NCBI GenBank assembly: GCA_963719315.1
Contig: CAVRBU010000004.1
Location: 512,001 to 576,000, forward strand
Direction of reading: 5' to 3'
DNA length: 64,000 nt
Source of the DNA: an uncultured Planctomycetota bacterium
GTDB lineage: Bacteria; Planctomycetota; Planctomycetia; Pirellulales; Lacipirellulaceae
The notes below the pieces were generated by a model, which was not told where the DNA came from, made no database searches, and was given only the letters and a program-made list of their open reading frames with translations. The position numbers and the translations under genes are program-made. Below, in pieces: positions 19,817 through 29,024 of this stretch (within the stretch, counting starts at the first letter, position 1; each line of letters begins with the position of its first letter).

Positions 19817-21379
19817 TTGCAAAAGAGATCGGTACGAACACTGAGTCATCGAGACGCGAGAGTAATCATTCGAAAGCAACGCGATTACCTGGCATTCAGA
19901 ACAGATCACGGATTCGGTGATCTGGAACGTTTCGTGGCCGAAGGCGACGATTTGTTGAGCCATTATTATGTCGGAGATGACTTATACCTGGTACGAACTC
20001 GCAGCAGGGACGACAAAGCCTCTGTGTTTATAGGCCCCAAGGGAGTTGGCAAATCCGCGATACTCCAGATGGTTAGATTAAGTGAGGGCGCGGGTGGTAA
20101 TCAGGAGCGCATAATAGAGGTTGCGCCCGACGATTTAGCGTTCAATGCGCTAATCCAAGTGCATGATAGATCACCTCTGCTCAAGACACCCGGGGACAAT
20201 CGATGGCTTTTTAAATCACTTTGGGACTACGTTTTATGCGTCGCAATCCTGGAACGCGAACACGGAAATCGACATGGGATTGAACAAGCACTGAGAAAGT
20301 GGTTTGGAGGAAAGCATGAGCAAGAACAACAGCGACTTTTGAAGGCAGCGATCGACGACAGCGGTATAAAACGATCGATGACCGAAAAAATGCTGTCACT
20401 TGTCGAGGAGATCGAAATTCAAGGCTCATTTGCTGGCGCAGGCGGCGGGATAAAGGTAAAGGCGCAGCAATCCGACTCTGGAATTCATCAGGGCAGCGAT
20501 CTTAATACTTTGCAGCTAATTAACAACGTCGCCAAGGAATTACCTACCCATCTCAACCACGAGTATTTCGTCCTGATAGACGATTTGGATCTTCATTGGA
20601 AGGGTACAGATCTTCAAAATGCGTTCCTCGGCTCATTATTTCTGTCTCTTAGAAAACTCTCGTTTTCACGCAATATTAAATTTGTCGTTTCGTTGCGCAA
20701 GCGCATTTTTCGACGGGTCGATATTGAAGAGCGCGATAAGTTCAGCCATATGGTGTGTGAGCTTCATTGGACTAGCGAACAAGTTCGCGAAATGACAGAG
20801 AGACGCTTAGCCCATTCACTATCGATAGAAAGACACGAAATATGGAGCCAGCTGTTTCCGGCTGACGGATTTAAACGCCTTTTGGGTAACACGAATGGTA
20901 TGCCAAGGGAAGTCCTTCGACTTGCCGTTGACTGCGTAAAAGAGGCCAAACGCGTGAGGCATACACGTGTGGAACCAGGTGACATGGAGCATGCCATCAG
21001 AACTTTTTCCGAGAATAGACTTGATGATCTCTCGAGCGATCATTTGCACACTTTGCCGGGACTAAGGATGGTTACTCAACAGTTTATAGGCGGAAAAAAG
21101 GAATTCGATACAGAGCATCTTAGAGAGATCGCATTCCGGTTAGCTTCGCGGACTTTATCCGACTCAGTCACGATGCCGGATTGGATAGGTGCCGGTATTG
21201 ATGATCCTGCAGATTTTTCTCGGCGACTTGTTATGGCAGGTTTTCTACTAGTGAAGGATGGTCGTCACGACGAACCGCACGAAATCGATGAGGATGATCT
21301 ACAGTCGATTGATGAACATAATTGGTACGCGATCCACCCGATGTACACCGCGGGACTACAACTCGAAGGAACTCGATAG
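19817..21379 (+). CDS. P-loop ATPase, Sll1717-like family
   Basis: Walker A FIGPKGVGKSA; Walker B VLIDDLD; LHWTSEQVREM..RR and GMPREVL; AT-richer than flanking genes. Start codon uncertain. Confidence 0.75.
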   Translation: MQKRSVRTLSHRDARVIIRKQRDYLAFRTDHGFGDLERFVAEGDDLLSHYYVGDDLYLVRTRSRDDKASVFIGPKGVGKSAILQMVRLSEGAGGNQERIIEVAPDDLAFNALIQVHDRSPLLKTPGDNRWLFKSLWDYVLCVAILEREHGNRHGIEQALRKWFGGKHEQEQQRLLKAAIDDSGIKRSMTEKMLSLVEEIEIQGSFAGAGGGIKVKAQQSDSGIHQGSDLNTLQLINNVAKELPTHLNHEYFVLIDDLDLHWKGTDLQNAFLGSLFLSLRKLSFSRNIKFVVSLRKRIFRRVDIEERDKFSHMVCELHWTSEQVREMTERRLAHSLSIERHEIWSQLFPADGFKRLLGNTNGMPREVLRLAVDCVKEAKRVRHTRVEPGDMEHAIRTFSENRLDDLSSDHLHTLPGLRMVTQQFIGGKKEFDTEHLREIAFRLASRTLSDSVTMPDWIGAGIDDPADFSRRLVMAGFLLVKDGRHDEPHEIDEDDLQSIDEHNWYAIHPMYTAGLQLEGTR

Positions 21380-21428
21380 CCAAAGGTTATAATTGACGGA
21401 CCGTCAAAAGGTTGCCGTCATAAATTCA

Positions 21429-23801
21429 ATGCCCGATCTTCGCAACGCCGTTCTCGAACACGTCAATCACACGAATTACCACCCCGTCAAGCCGGCGGCG
21501 ATCGCCAAGAAGCTGGGCCTCGCGAACGAGGCCGTTCACGAGCTTAAGATGACCATCAAGCGGATGGTCAAAGCGGGTGAGTTGGCTTGGGGGCCGACGC
21601 ACCTCGTGTATCCGGCCGGCAAGGTGCAACGAGCCCGCAAAAACGCCGCTGATGGCGTTGCGAAGGTCGAAGTGGCTGTTGAGCGTGCTGAACGACGAAA
21701 GAAGGATAAGGCAAAGGCGCCGCCTCGCGATTCAAAACATTTCACCGGCACATTCCGCCGCGCGGCAGGCGGGTTCGGCTTCGTTAGGCCGGAAGGTACG
21801 CAGCGGACCGAGGGGCGAGATGCCGATATCTTCGTGCCGGCCGACAAGACGGGCGATGCCGCCAGTGGCGACGTCGTCTCCGTGCGGCTCGAATCGAGGC
21901 GCGGCCGAATGGGAAAGCAGGAAGGCCGCATCATTGATGTCGTCGAGCGGGCCACCAACCGCTTCGTCGGCGTGTATTTCGAAACGGCCGGCATGGGAAT
22001 GGTGCAGATCGACGGCAAGATCTTCACCAATGCGATCTACGTAGGCGACCCCGGCGCGAAGGGCGTGCGACCGGAGGACAAGGTCGTTATCGAGATGGTT
22101 CATTTCCCGTCGCACACGCGCGATGGCGAGGGCGTGGTTGTGGAAGTGCTCGGCCCGCGCGGCCAGCCCGGCGTCGATACGATGTCGATCATCTACGAGT
22201 TCAACCTACCGGGCGCATTCGACGAGCACGTTCTGGCCGAATCCCACAAGCAGGCCGAGAAATTCGATGAATCGATTCCGCGCGGCCGGCGCGATCTAAC
22301 CAATCTAACGATCGTCACGATCGACCCCGTGGACGCCCGCGACTTCGACGACGCCATTTCGCTTGAGAAAATGGATAGCGGCCACTGGCTGTTGGGCGTG
22401 CACATTGCGGATGTCTCGCACTTTGTGCAGCCCAAGACGCCGCTCGATCGCGAAGCGTATGACCGGGCCACGAGCGTGTATCTGCCCGATCGCGTGATTC
22501 CGATGCTGCCGGAGATCATTTCCAACAACCTGGCCAGTTTGCAGCCGAACAAGGTTCGTTACGCCCTCTCGGCCGTGATGGAGATGACGCCCGATGGCAT
22601 CCGTGTGGCCACCGATGTGTTCAAAAGCGCGATCAAGAGCGTTCGGCGGTTCACCTACGAGGAGGTGGACGAGTACCTGGCCAATCGGGCCGCGTGGAAG
22701 AAAAAACTGACGCCGGATGTCCACGCACTTTTGGGCCGCATGCACGAACTGGCGATGATGCTGCGGGCGCGGCGCTTCAAGCGGGGCGCGCTCGAACTTT
22801 CCATGCCGGAGATGAAAATCGATCTCGATGCCGACGGACGAGTGACGGGCGCTCATCTCGCACAGAACACGGAAAGCCACCAGGTCATCGAAGAGTTCAT
22901 GCTCTCGGCCAACGAAGCGGTCGCCGAAAAGCTGGAAGACGCCGGCCTGTTGTTCTTGCGGCGCATTCACGGTAGCCCCGACCCGCGAAAAATGCGCGTC
23001 CTCACCGAATTCGTGCGCGAGTTGGGCTATGAAGCCGAGAACCTTGAAAACCGCTTCGAGCTGCAAAAACTGCTCGACACGGTGAAGGGCGATCCGCGCG
23101 AACACGCGATCAACTACGCCACGCTCCGCTCGATGCAACGGGCCACGTACAGCCCGGAGGACGACGGCCACTACGCCTTGGCCAGCGATTGCTACTGCCA
23201 TTTCACATCGCCCATTCGACGCTACCCGGACCTGACGGTCCATCGGCTGATCGACACGCTGAATCGCGGCAAAAAGCCCGAACAACGGATGGATCAGCTT
23301 CTGGCCGAAGGCGACCATTGCAGCGAGCGCGAGCAGCGGGCCGCCGAGGCCGAGCGCGAGCTCAAAAAGATGAAGCTCCTGCACTACATGTCCGACAAGA
23401 TCGGCCTGGAGTTGGATGGCGTCATTACGGGCGTGGAAAATTTCGGCCTCTTTATCACTGGCGTCGAAATCCCGGCCGAGGGCTTCGTCCACATCAGCAG
23501 TCTTACGGATGATTACTATCGCTACGACCGAGCCGGCCACGTGATCGCCGGCTTTCGCTCGGGCAATTCGTATCGGCTGGGCGACACGGTTCGAGTGGCG
23601 GTGGCCGCCGTGGATGTCGACACCCGCGAGTTGGAATTCCGCATGGTTGCCCGCACGGGCGTGCCGAAAAAGGCCCGCGTCAAACGGCCGACCAAATCGA
23701 GCGGCAAACGCGAGACAATATCAAGTAAAACGCCACGCGGCAGAAAAAAGAAAAAGATCCGGCCGGGCAAGAACGAACGCCGGCAGAAACGCGGACTTTG
23801 A
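21429..23801 (+). CDS. rnr: Ribonuclease R
   Basis: GFGFV cold-shock domains; TIDPVDARDFDDAIS; HFTSPIRRYPDL; S1 domain; basic tail. Confidence 0.96.
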   Translation: MPDLRNAVLEHVNHTNYHPVKPAAIAKKLGLANEAVHELKMTIKRMVKAGELAWGPTHLVYPAGKVQRARKNAADGVAKVEVAVERAERRKKDKAKAPPRDSKHFTGTFRRAAGGFGFVRPEGTQRTEGRDADIFVPADKTGDAASGDVVSVRLESRRGRMGKQEGRIIDVVERATNRFVGVYFETAGMGMVQIDGKIFTNAIYVGDPGAKGVRPEDKVVIEMVHFPSHTRDGEGVVVEVLGPRGQPGVDTMSIIYEFNLPGAFDEHVLAESHKQAEKFDESIPRGRRDLTNLTIVTIDPVDARDFDDAISLEKMDSGHWLLGVHIADVSHFVQPKTPLDREAYDRATSVYLPDRVIPMLPEIISNNLASLQPNKVRYALSAVMEMTPDGIRVATDVFKSAIKSVRRFTYEEVDEYLANRAAWKKKLTPDVHALLGRMHELAMMLRARRFKRGALELSMPEMKIDLDADGRVTGAHLAQNTESHQVIEEFMLSANEAVAEKLEDAGLLFLRRIHGSPDPRKMRVLTEFVRELGYEAENLENRFELQKLLDTVKGDPREHAINYATLRSMQRATYSPEDDGHYALASDCYCHFTSPIRRYPDLTVHRLIDTLNRGKKPEQRMDQLLAEGDHCSEREQRAAEAERELKKMKLLHYMSDKIGLELDGVITGVENFGLFITGVEIPAEGFVHISSLTDDYYRYDRAGHVIAGFRSGNSYRLGDTVRVAVAAVDVDTRELEFRMVARTGVPKKARVKRPTKSSGKRETISSKTPRGRKKKKIRPGKNERRQKRGL

Positions 23802-24043
23802 TCACTCTTCTCGCGTTTTCGCCGTCGGACACCGTTACCGTGAGTAATCTTGGTAACTAGCAGCAGATCGATGATCGCCATCTTATCTCCGCCTAAACTA
23901 ATGACGATCGTTCTTCCGGTTGGGTTTCGCCAGATCAATTCTGGATGATTGACGGCGTGCTTTGTGCCGTCTGCCAAGTACAGTGTAAACGGCCTAAAGG
24001 GTTTCGCTTTCTCGATTGAGTCCAGTTGTTCCGTAGTGATAAT
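23790..24043 (-). pseudogene. Small hypothetical gene of a common planctomycete family, lacking a canonical start and a nearby stop
   Basis: (I)ITTEQLDSIEKAKPFRPFTLYLADGTKHAVNHPELIWRNPTGRT...IIDLLLV follows a GGAAGGGAAG RBS; begins ATT/ATC; the frame runs antisense into rnr until 23522. Confidence 0.55.
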
Positions 24044-24059
24044 TCTAATTCTTCCCTTC

Positions 24060-25337
24060 CTATCGTATTTTACTCTTCTTCTGGCCGGGCTCTATGCGGA
24101 ACAAATGCTCCTCCCCACGGATCAGCAGCCCGCCGCGTATCGGTATCGGTGTGGCGAATATTCGCTCACCCATTTCGTTCGATGCCAACTCCTTGTAGCC
24201 CTGATCACTTACTTGGCCTACATAGATGACACCATCCTCTCGTGCGCAGAACAGCTTGTCACCGGCCAGCGTGGGTGAGGCGTAAAACTTGTTGCGGTTC
24301 TTTGGTAAGTCGGCCGACCACAACACCTCGCCGCTGTCGAGCGCCAGGCAAGCGACGTGGCCCAAATCACCGAGCAGATAGAGCTTGCCGTCGCGGGTCG
24401 CCGCGGTGGGGACGTCGTTCCCCAAATTCGACTTGTCCCACAGCCAATTCGTGATATCCGCCTGTTCGCCGATCCGTACGCCCGCCAAGAACTTGCCCCG
24501 CCCGAATGGCACCACAGCGATGTCATCGGAAACCGAAGGCGACGCAATCGTTCGCCAGTTCCCTTCTCCGTCGGGATTGAAACCTCCGCATTCCCACAGC
24601 AACTTGCCCGTTGCCGCATCGTGGCCGGTCAAGTGGTCGGCGCCCCACGTAACCAGCACATCGTGGCCGTCGATTTTTACAACCTGTGGCGTGGAGTACG
24701 TTTGGTCGCACTCGATCGGGCACTCGTACTGCCGAGGCGTCTTCCAAACGACTTCGCCGCTATCGAGGTTGAATGCGACGAGGTACGAATCGTCCGCTTG
24801 AACCACGGCCACGATCGCGCGTCCGTCAACCACCACTGGCGACGTGCCTAGATCCCACCACAAGGTGTCTTTGCCATATTTGCTTTGGAGATTGACGTTC
24901 CATTTCTCCTTCCCATCGAAATCAAAACAGGCCAGCGTGCCGCTTTTGAAGTACACAACCACGTTTTTGCCGTCGGTCGCTGGCGAAGGATTGCTGCCGC
25001 TGGCATTGCGGTGTTTCCCAGGCCGTTCCTTGCCGAGTTGCTTCCGCCACAATTCTTTTCCCTGAGTGTCGTAGCAAATCACGCCGTCCTGGCCGTCTAT
25101 CGCGCAAGTTATGAAGATGCGATCGTCCCAAACCGCGGGCGTCGAAGTCCCTTTGCCCGGCAAGTCGACTTTCCAGGCGACGCCCTCGGTGCTGGAAAAC
25201 TTGATCGGATAGTCGCCGTCGGCCGCGACGCCGGTGCCCCGCGGCCCGCGCCACTGCGGCCAATTCTCGGCGGCCGGCATTTGACTGTATTGAAAAGTAA
25301 CGACGATTGCGAATGTGGCGAAGGTCGGCCAGCGCAT
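24060..25337 (-). CDS. PQQ-binding-like beta-propeller repeat protein
   Basis: Signal peptide, ENWPQWRGPRG, repeated SP...G...W blades. Confidence 0.92.
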   Translation of the reverse strand: MRWPTFATFAIVVTFQYSQMPAAENWPQWRGPRGTGVAADGDYPIKFSSTEGVAWKVDLPGKGTSTPAVWDDRIFITCAIDGQDGVICYDTQGKELWRKQLGKERPGKHRNASGSNPSPATDGKNVVVYFKSGTLACFDFDGKEKWNVNLQSKYGKDTLWWDLGTSPVVVDGRAIVAVVQADDSYLVAFNLDSGEVVWKTPRQYECPIECDQTYSTPQVVKIDGHDVLVTWGADHLTGHDAATGKLLWECGGFNPDGEGNWRTIASPSVSDDIAVVPFGRGKFLAGVRIGEQADITNWLWDKSNLGNDVPTAATRDGKLYLLGDLGHVACLALDSGEVLWSADLPKNRNKFYASPTLAGDKLFCAREDGVIYVGQVSDQGYKELASNEMGERIFATPIPIRGGLLIRGEEHLFRIEPGQKKSKIR

Positions 25338-25468
25338 GGGGGGCTCCGAAAACGTGTGGTTAAGGAATTCAGTTCAGCGGATCACCATCCTAAGTATCTC
25401 ATTATTCTCGCCCCAGTGCCAGAATTCGCGAAGTCCGCTCGGAAGCGAATTGGCGACCGGCAGCCCCC

Positions 25469-25497
25469 CTGACAATTCGGCATTCACCCCATAAAAT
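25469..25497 (+). promoter_or_regulatory. Putative sigma70 promoter for the gcv operon
   Basis: CTGACA, 17-nt spacer, TAAAAT. Confidence 0.55.
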
Positions 25498-25549
25498 GCA
25501 GTGGCCCTTTGACAACATACTCCCGCCCGCCGACGTCGATCGACCGCCG

Positions 25550-26704
25550 ATGATGACGACCGATTTAGCCCGCACTCCGCTCCACGATTGGCACGTCGCA
25601 CACGGCGGCCGAATGGTCGATTTCGCCGGCTGGAGCATGCCGGTGCAATACACGTCGATTGCCGAAGAGCACAACGCGACGCGGAATGCGGTCGGTGTGT
25701 TCGATATCAGCCACATGGGCCGGCTGCAATTCTTTGTCCCAGTCGCATTTTTGGGCAGCCTCTTAACTCGTCGCGTCGACAACATGAAACCGACGCAGAT
25801 CCGCTACTCGCTGGTCTGCAACGAGGATGGCGGCATTCTTGACGACGTACTCGTGTACGCTGGGTTGCCACAACCAAACGCGTTTTGGATGGTTGTAAAC
25901 GCGAGCAATCATCAAAAAATAGTAAATTGGGTTAGTCGGCAAATGGCCGCTTGGGAAAATCGCCATGGAGAGAGGACGTTTTCGTTCGGCGATGTCATCA
26001 GTGCGCAAACTGCAATGATTGCGATACAAGGTCCCAGGGCGATCGATGTGATCGCGTCGCTGGTGGAAATCACGGATGATCGTCTGGAAAAGGATGTTCG
26101 CCGTATGCAGTATTACACGTGTGGACATGCGTATTTAAGAGATCACCACATTACGTTGAGTCGCACTGGTTACACTGGCGAAGACGGATTCGAAATAATT
26201 TGCGACGCCGAAGCGAGCGTCGATATTTGGACCCAAAGTATCGAGAAGTCTCGTGAATTTGGCGGCGTTGCCTGCGGCCTCGGCGCACGCGATACGCTGC
26301 GGCTTGAAGCGGCGATGCCGCTGTATGGGCATGAGCTTTCGGAATCAATCAATCCAATAGAAGCCGGATTGGACTTCGCGGTGAGTTTGGGTGGGCGCGA
26401 GTTTGTTGGCAGCAAGGCGTTGGAACGCGCTGCGGCGGATAAGTCGCAATCAGTACGCGTCGGCCTGCAGCTTGATGGCAAGCGCGTGCCGCGCCAAGGT
26501 TGTCCCGTGCTGCACAGCGATGAAATAGTCGGCAAAGTGACGAGCGGCACTTTTTCGCCGACGTTCGAGCGGCCGATCGCAATGGCATATGTCCGGCCCA
26601 CTGCCCAAGCCGTCGGCACGCGCCTGGGCGTCGATATCCGCGGCACGCAGAATGCGGCCGTCGTTGTGCCGTTGCCGTTTTATGAACGAGGAAAGAAGAA
26701 TTAA
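25550..26704 (+). CDS. gcvT: Glycine cleavage system aminomethyltransferase T
   Basis: RTPLHDWH..GGRMVDFAGWSMPVQY, FDISHMG, SRTGYTGEDGFE, GLGARDTLRLEAAMPLYGHE. Confidence 0.96.
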   Translation: MMTTDLARTPLHDWHVAHGGRMVDFAGWSMPVQYTSIAEEHNATRNAVGVFDISHMGRLQFFVPVAFLGSLLTRRVDNMKPTQIRYSLVCNEDGGILDDVLVYAGLPQPNAFWMVVNASNHQKIVNWVSRQMAAWENRHGERTFSFGDVISAQTAMIAIQGPRAIDVIASLVEITDDRLEKDVRRMQYYTCGHAYLRDHHITLSRTGYTGEDGFEIICDAEASVDIWTQSIEKSREFGGVACGLGARDTLRLEAAMPLYGHELSESINPIEAGLDFAVSLGGREFVGSKALERAAADKSQSVRVGLQLDGKRVPRQGCPVLHSDEIVGKVTSGTFSPTFERPIAMAYVRPTAQAVGTRLGVDIRGTQNAAVVVPLPFYERGKKN

Positions 26705-26840
26705 CCGCGGAGGCGTGGAGAAGTGATCGATTTGTCAATGGTCATTTGTCATTTGAAATTGGTCATTTCGGAATTGGCCAATGACAAATTACGAATTTGC
26801 AATGACCAATCCTTCTCAGAGTTCTCCGTGTCTCCGTGGT
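26703..26840. repeat. Nested hairpin elements between gcvT and gcvH
   Basis: Outer arms aaccgcggaggcgtggagaa / ttctccgtgtctccgtggt; inner arms (gtcattt)n 26738-26768 / (aatgac)n 26780-26810. Confidence 0.75.
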
Positions 26841-26870
26841 AAAAAGTGAATTGTCGATAGGAGTCGAACT

Positions 26871-27269
26871 GTGAAGCCTGAAAGCTTGTTATTCGCGAAA
26901 ACGCACGAATGGGTCGCCGTCACGAACGATGGCGGTCAGAAAATCGCCGCAGTGGGCCTCTCGGCGTTTGCCGTCGAGGCGCTGACCGACCTGGTGTTCA
27001 TCGAGCTACCCAAAGTCGGCCGGCAGGTGAAGGCCAACGAGTCATTCTGTGAGGTGGAATCGGTCAAAGCGGTGAGCGACGTGTACGCCCCGGTCGCCGG
27101 CGAAGTCGTCGCCGCCAACGATAAGCTGGCCGACAATTTGGAAACACTGAGCCAGGATCCATACGGCGAAGGCTGGATCGCCCGCATCAAGATCTCGGAC
27201 GAAGCGGGACTGAAGAACCTCATGGATTATGCCGCGTACCAAAAGCAGTGCGCCGAGGAGGCACACTAG
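26871..27269 (+). CDS. gcvH: Glycine cleavage system H protein
   Basis: KTHEWV, lipoylation motif VESVKAVSDVYAPV, DPYGEGWI. Confidence 0.96.
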   Translation: MKPESLLFAKTHEWVAVTNDGGQKIAAVGLSAFAVEALTDLVFIELPKVGRQVKANESFCEVESVKAVSDVYAPVAGEVVAANDKLADNLETLSQDPYGEGWIARIKISDEAGLKNLMDYAAYQKQCAEEAH

Positions 27270-27274
27270 GAAAT

Positions 27275-27370
27275 AGACAAGGAGACAAGGAGAGGGGGAG
27301 ACAAGGAGATTCCCGGGCAAAGCCTCCCAATTGATTCTCCTTGTCTCCTTGTCTCCCCCTCTCCTTGTCT
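27275..27370. repeat. Octamer (gacaagga) tandem-repeat hairpin between gcvH and gcvPA
   Basis: agacaaggagacaaggagagggggagacaaggaga versus tctccttgtctccttgtctccccctctccttgtct. Confidence 0.85.
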
Positions 27371-27405
27371 TCGCGGCCATTTCTCAAATGCATTGATCAC
27401 TGACG

Positions 27406-28809
27406 ATGCCCTACCTCTACAACACCGCCGAAGACCAGGCCGCGATGCTCGCCGCGATCGGCGCCGGCTCGATCGACGATCTATTCGAAATGGTTCCGGC
27501 CGAGTTGCGATTCCAGCGGCCGCTTGCGATTCCGCCGGCGATGAGCGAGATGGAGCTGACGCAGCACATGGCGGCGCTCGCGGCGAAGAACGAGCACGCG
27601 GGCTCGAAAGTCTGCTTCCTGGGCGGCGGAAGTTACGATCACTTCATCCCGGCGGCCGTCGACGAGCTGGCCGGCCGCGGCGAGTTCTACACGTCTTACA
27701 CGCCGTACCAGGCCGAGGTCAGCCAGGGCAATTTGCAGGTCGTCTTTGAATATCAGACGCTCATCGCACGGCTCACCGGCATGGATGTGTCGAACGCCAG
27801 CCTGTACGACGGCGGTAGCGCGTCGGCTGAGGCCGTGCTGATGGCCATCAGCAGCACGCAGCGTTTCGGGAAGGTCGTCGTGACTGAGAGCCTGCACCCG
27901 GAGTATCGCCAGACGATCGCCACGTACCTGAGAGACCTCGGCGTCGAGTTCGTGACGGTCGGCACGCCGCAGGGCGTGGTCGAGCCGGAAGACTTGGCGG
28001 CCGCCGTGGACGAGAACACGGCCTGCATCGTCGTCCAACAACCCAACTTCTTCGGCTGCATCGAAGACGCCGCCTCGCTGGCCACAATTGCGCACGACGC
28101 CGGCGCGCTGGTCGTCGCTGCGTTCGATCCGATCAGCCTGGGACTGTTAAAACGCCCCGGCGACTGGGGAGCCGACATCGCCGTGGCCGAAGGGCACACG
28201 CTGGGCACGCCCATGCAATACGGCGGCCCGTATCTGGGCATCATGGCCTGCCGCGAAAGCCTCGTCCGCCGCATGCCAGGCCGCATTGCCGGCCAAACGG
28301 TCGACCGTCGCGGAAAACGCTGTTTCGTTCTCACGCTGCAAACCCGCGAGCAACACATCCGCCGCGAGAAGGCCACGAGCAACGTCTGTACGAACCAAGG
28401 CCTGTTTGCCTTGCGAGCCACAATCTACTTGTCGCTCCTCGGCCCTCAGGGGTTGAAGGAGACCGCCAACTTATGCCTCCAAAAATCCCGTTACGCCGCC
28501 GATCTACTTTGCCGCGGTGTGCCACTGGCTCCGCCAGTGTCTTCGCCTGCGTCGGCGAGCAGCGCGTCACTGAAGAACAGCCGATTCGAGCGTGCATTCA
28601 GTGCGCCGACGTTCAAAGAGTTCGTCATTCGCGATAAACAAGGTCGCGTAGACGAACTTTTGGAGAAAGCATCTGACGATGGATTCCTGGCCGGCGTGCC
28701 GCTAGGGCAGTGGTATCCGAAGCTTCAGGATTGCTTCCTGGTGGCCGTCACCGAGAAGCGAACCAGGAATGAAATCCATGCGCTCGCTAAGTCACTGGGA
28801 GACGACTAG
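27406..28809 (+). CDS. gcvPA: Glycine dehydrogenase (decarboxylating) subunit 1
   Basis: FYTSYTPYQAEVSQG, NASLYDG, LQTREQHIRREKATSNVCTNQ. Confidence 0.96.
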   Translation: MPYLYNTAEDQAAMLAAIGAGSIDDLFEMVPAELRFQRPLAIPPAMSEMELTQHMAALAAKNEHAGSKVCFLGGGSYDHFIPAAVDELAGRGEFYTSYTPYQAEVSQGNLQVVFEYQTLIARLTGMDVSNASLYDGGSASAEAVLMAISSTQRFGKVVVTESLHPEYRQTIATYLRDLGVEFVTVGTPQGVVEPEDLAAAVDENTACIVVQQPNFFGCIEDAASLATIAHDAGALVVAAFDPISLGLLKRPGDWGADIAVAEGHTLGTPMQYGGPYLGIMACRESLVRRMPGRIAGQTVDRRGKRCFVLTLQTREQHIRREKATSNVCTNQGLFALRATIYLSLLGPQGLKETANLCLQKSRYAADLLCRGVPLAPPVSSPASASSASLKNSRFERAFSAPTFKEFVIRDKQGRVDELLEKASDDGFLAGVPLGQWYPKLQDCFLVAVTEKRTRNEIHALAKSLGDD

Positions 28810-28823
28810 CAATCGTATCCGTA

Positions 28824-29013
28824 TGCCCTGAAAGGGCAGCATGCGAAAGCCCAGGGCGAAGCCCTGGGAAACCCAGGTTTCCGAACAACAAAGCTCTGAA
28901 AGAGCGAAATAGAAATGCCGCATGGATATCGCCCTTTCAGGGCTTCACAACTGAAATATTGCATTTGTCCCAGGGCGTTGCCCTGGGCTGACGTATGATG
29001 CCCTTTCAGGGCA
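28824..29013. repeat. Composite palindromic (MITE/REP-like) element between gcvPA and gcvPB
   Basis: Terminal tgccctgaaagggca / tgccctttcagggca; internal cccagggcgaagccctggg and cccagggcgttgccctggg hairpins; central gctctgaaagagc / gccctttcagggc. Confidence 0.85.
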
Positions 29014-29024
29014 AATGAATTCAA

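Noticed and set aside
25338..25549. Glycine riboswitch upstream of gcvT
   Set aside because: The conserved aptamer words (GGAGA...CCGAAG...CTCAGG) are absent, and the predicted promoter leaves only about 45 nt of leader.
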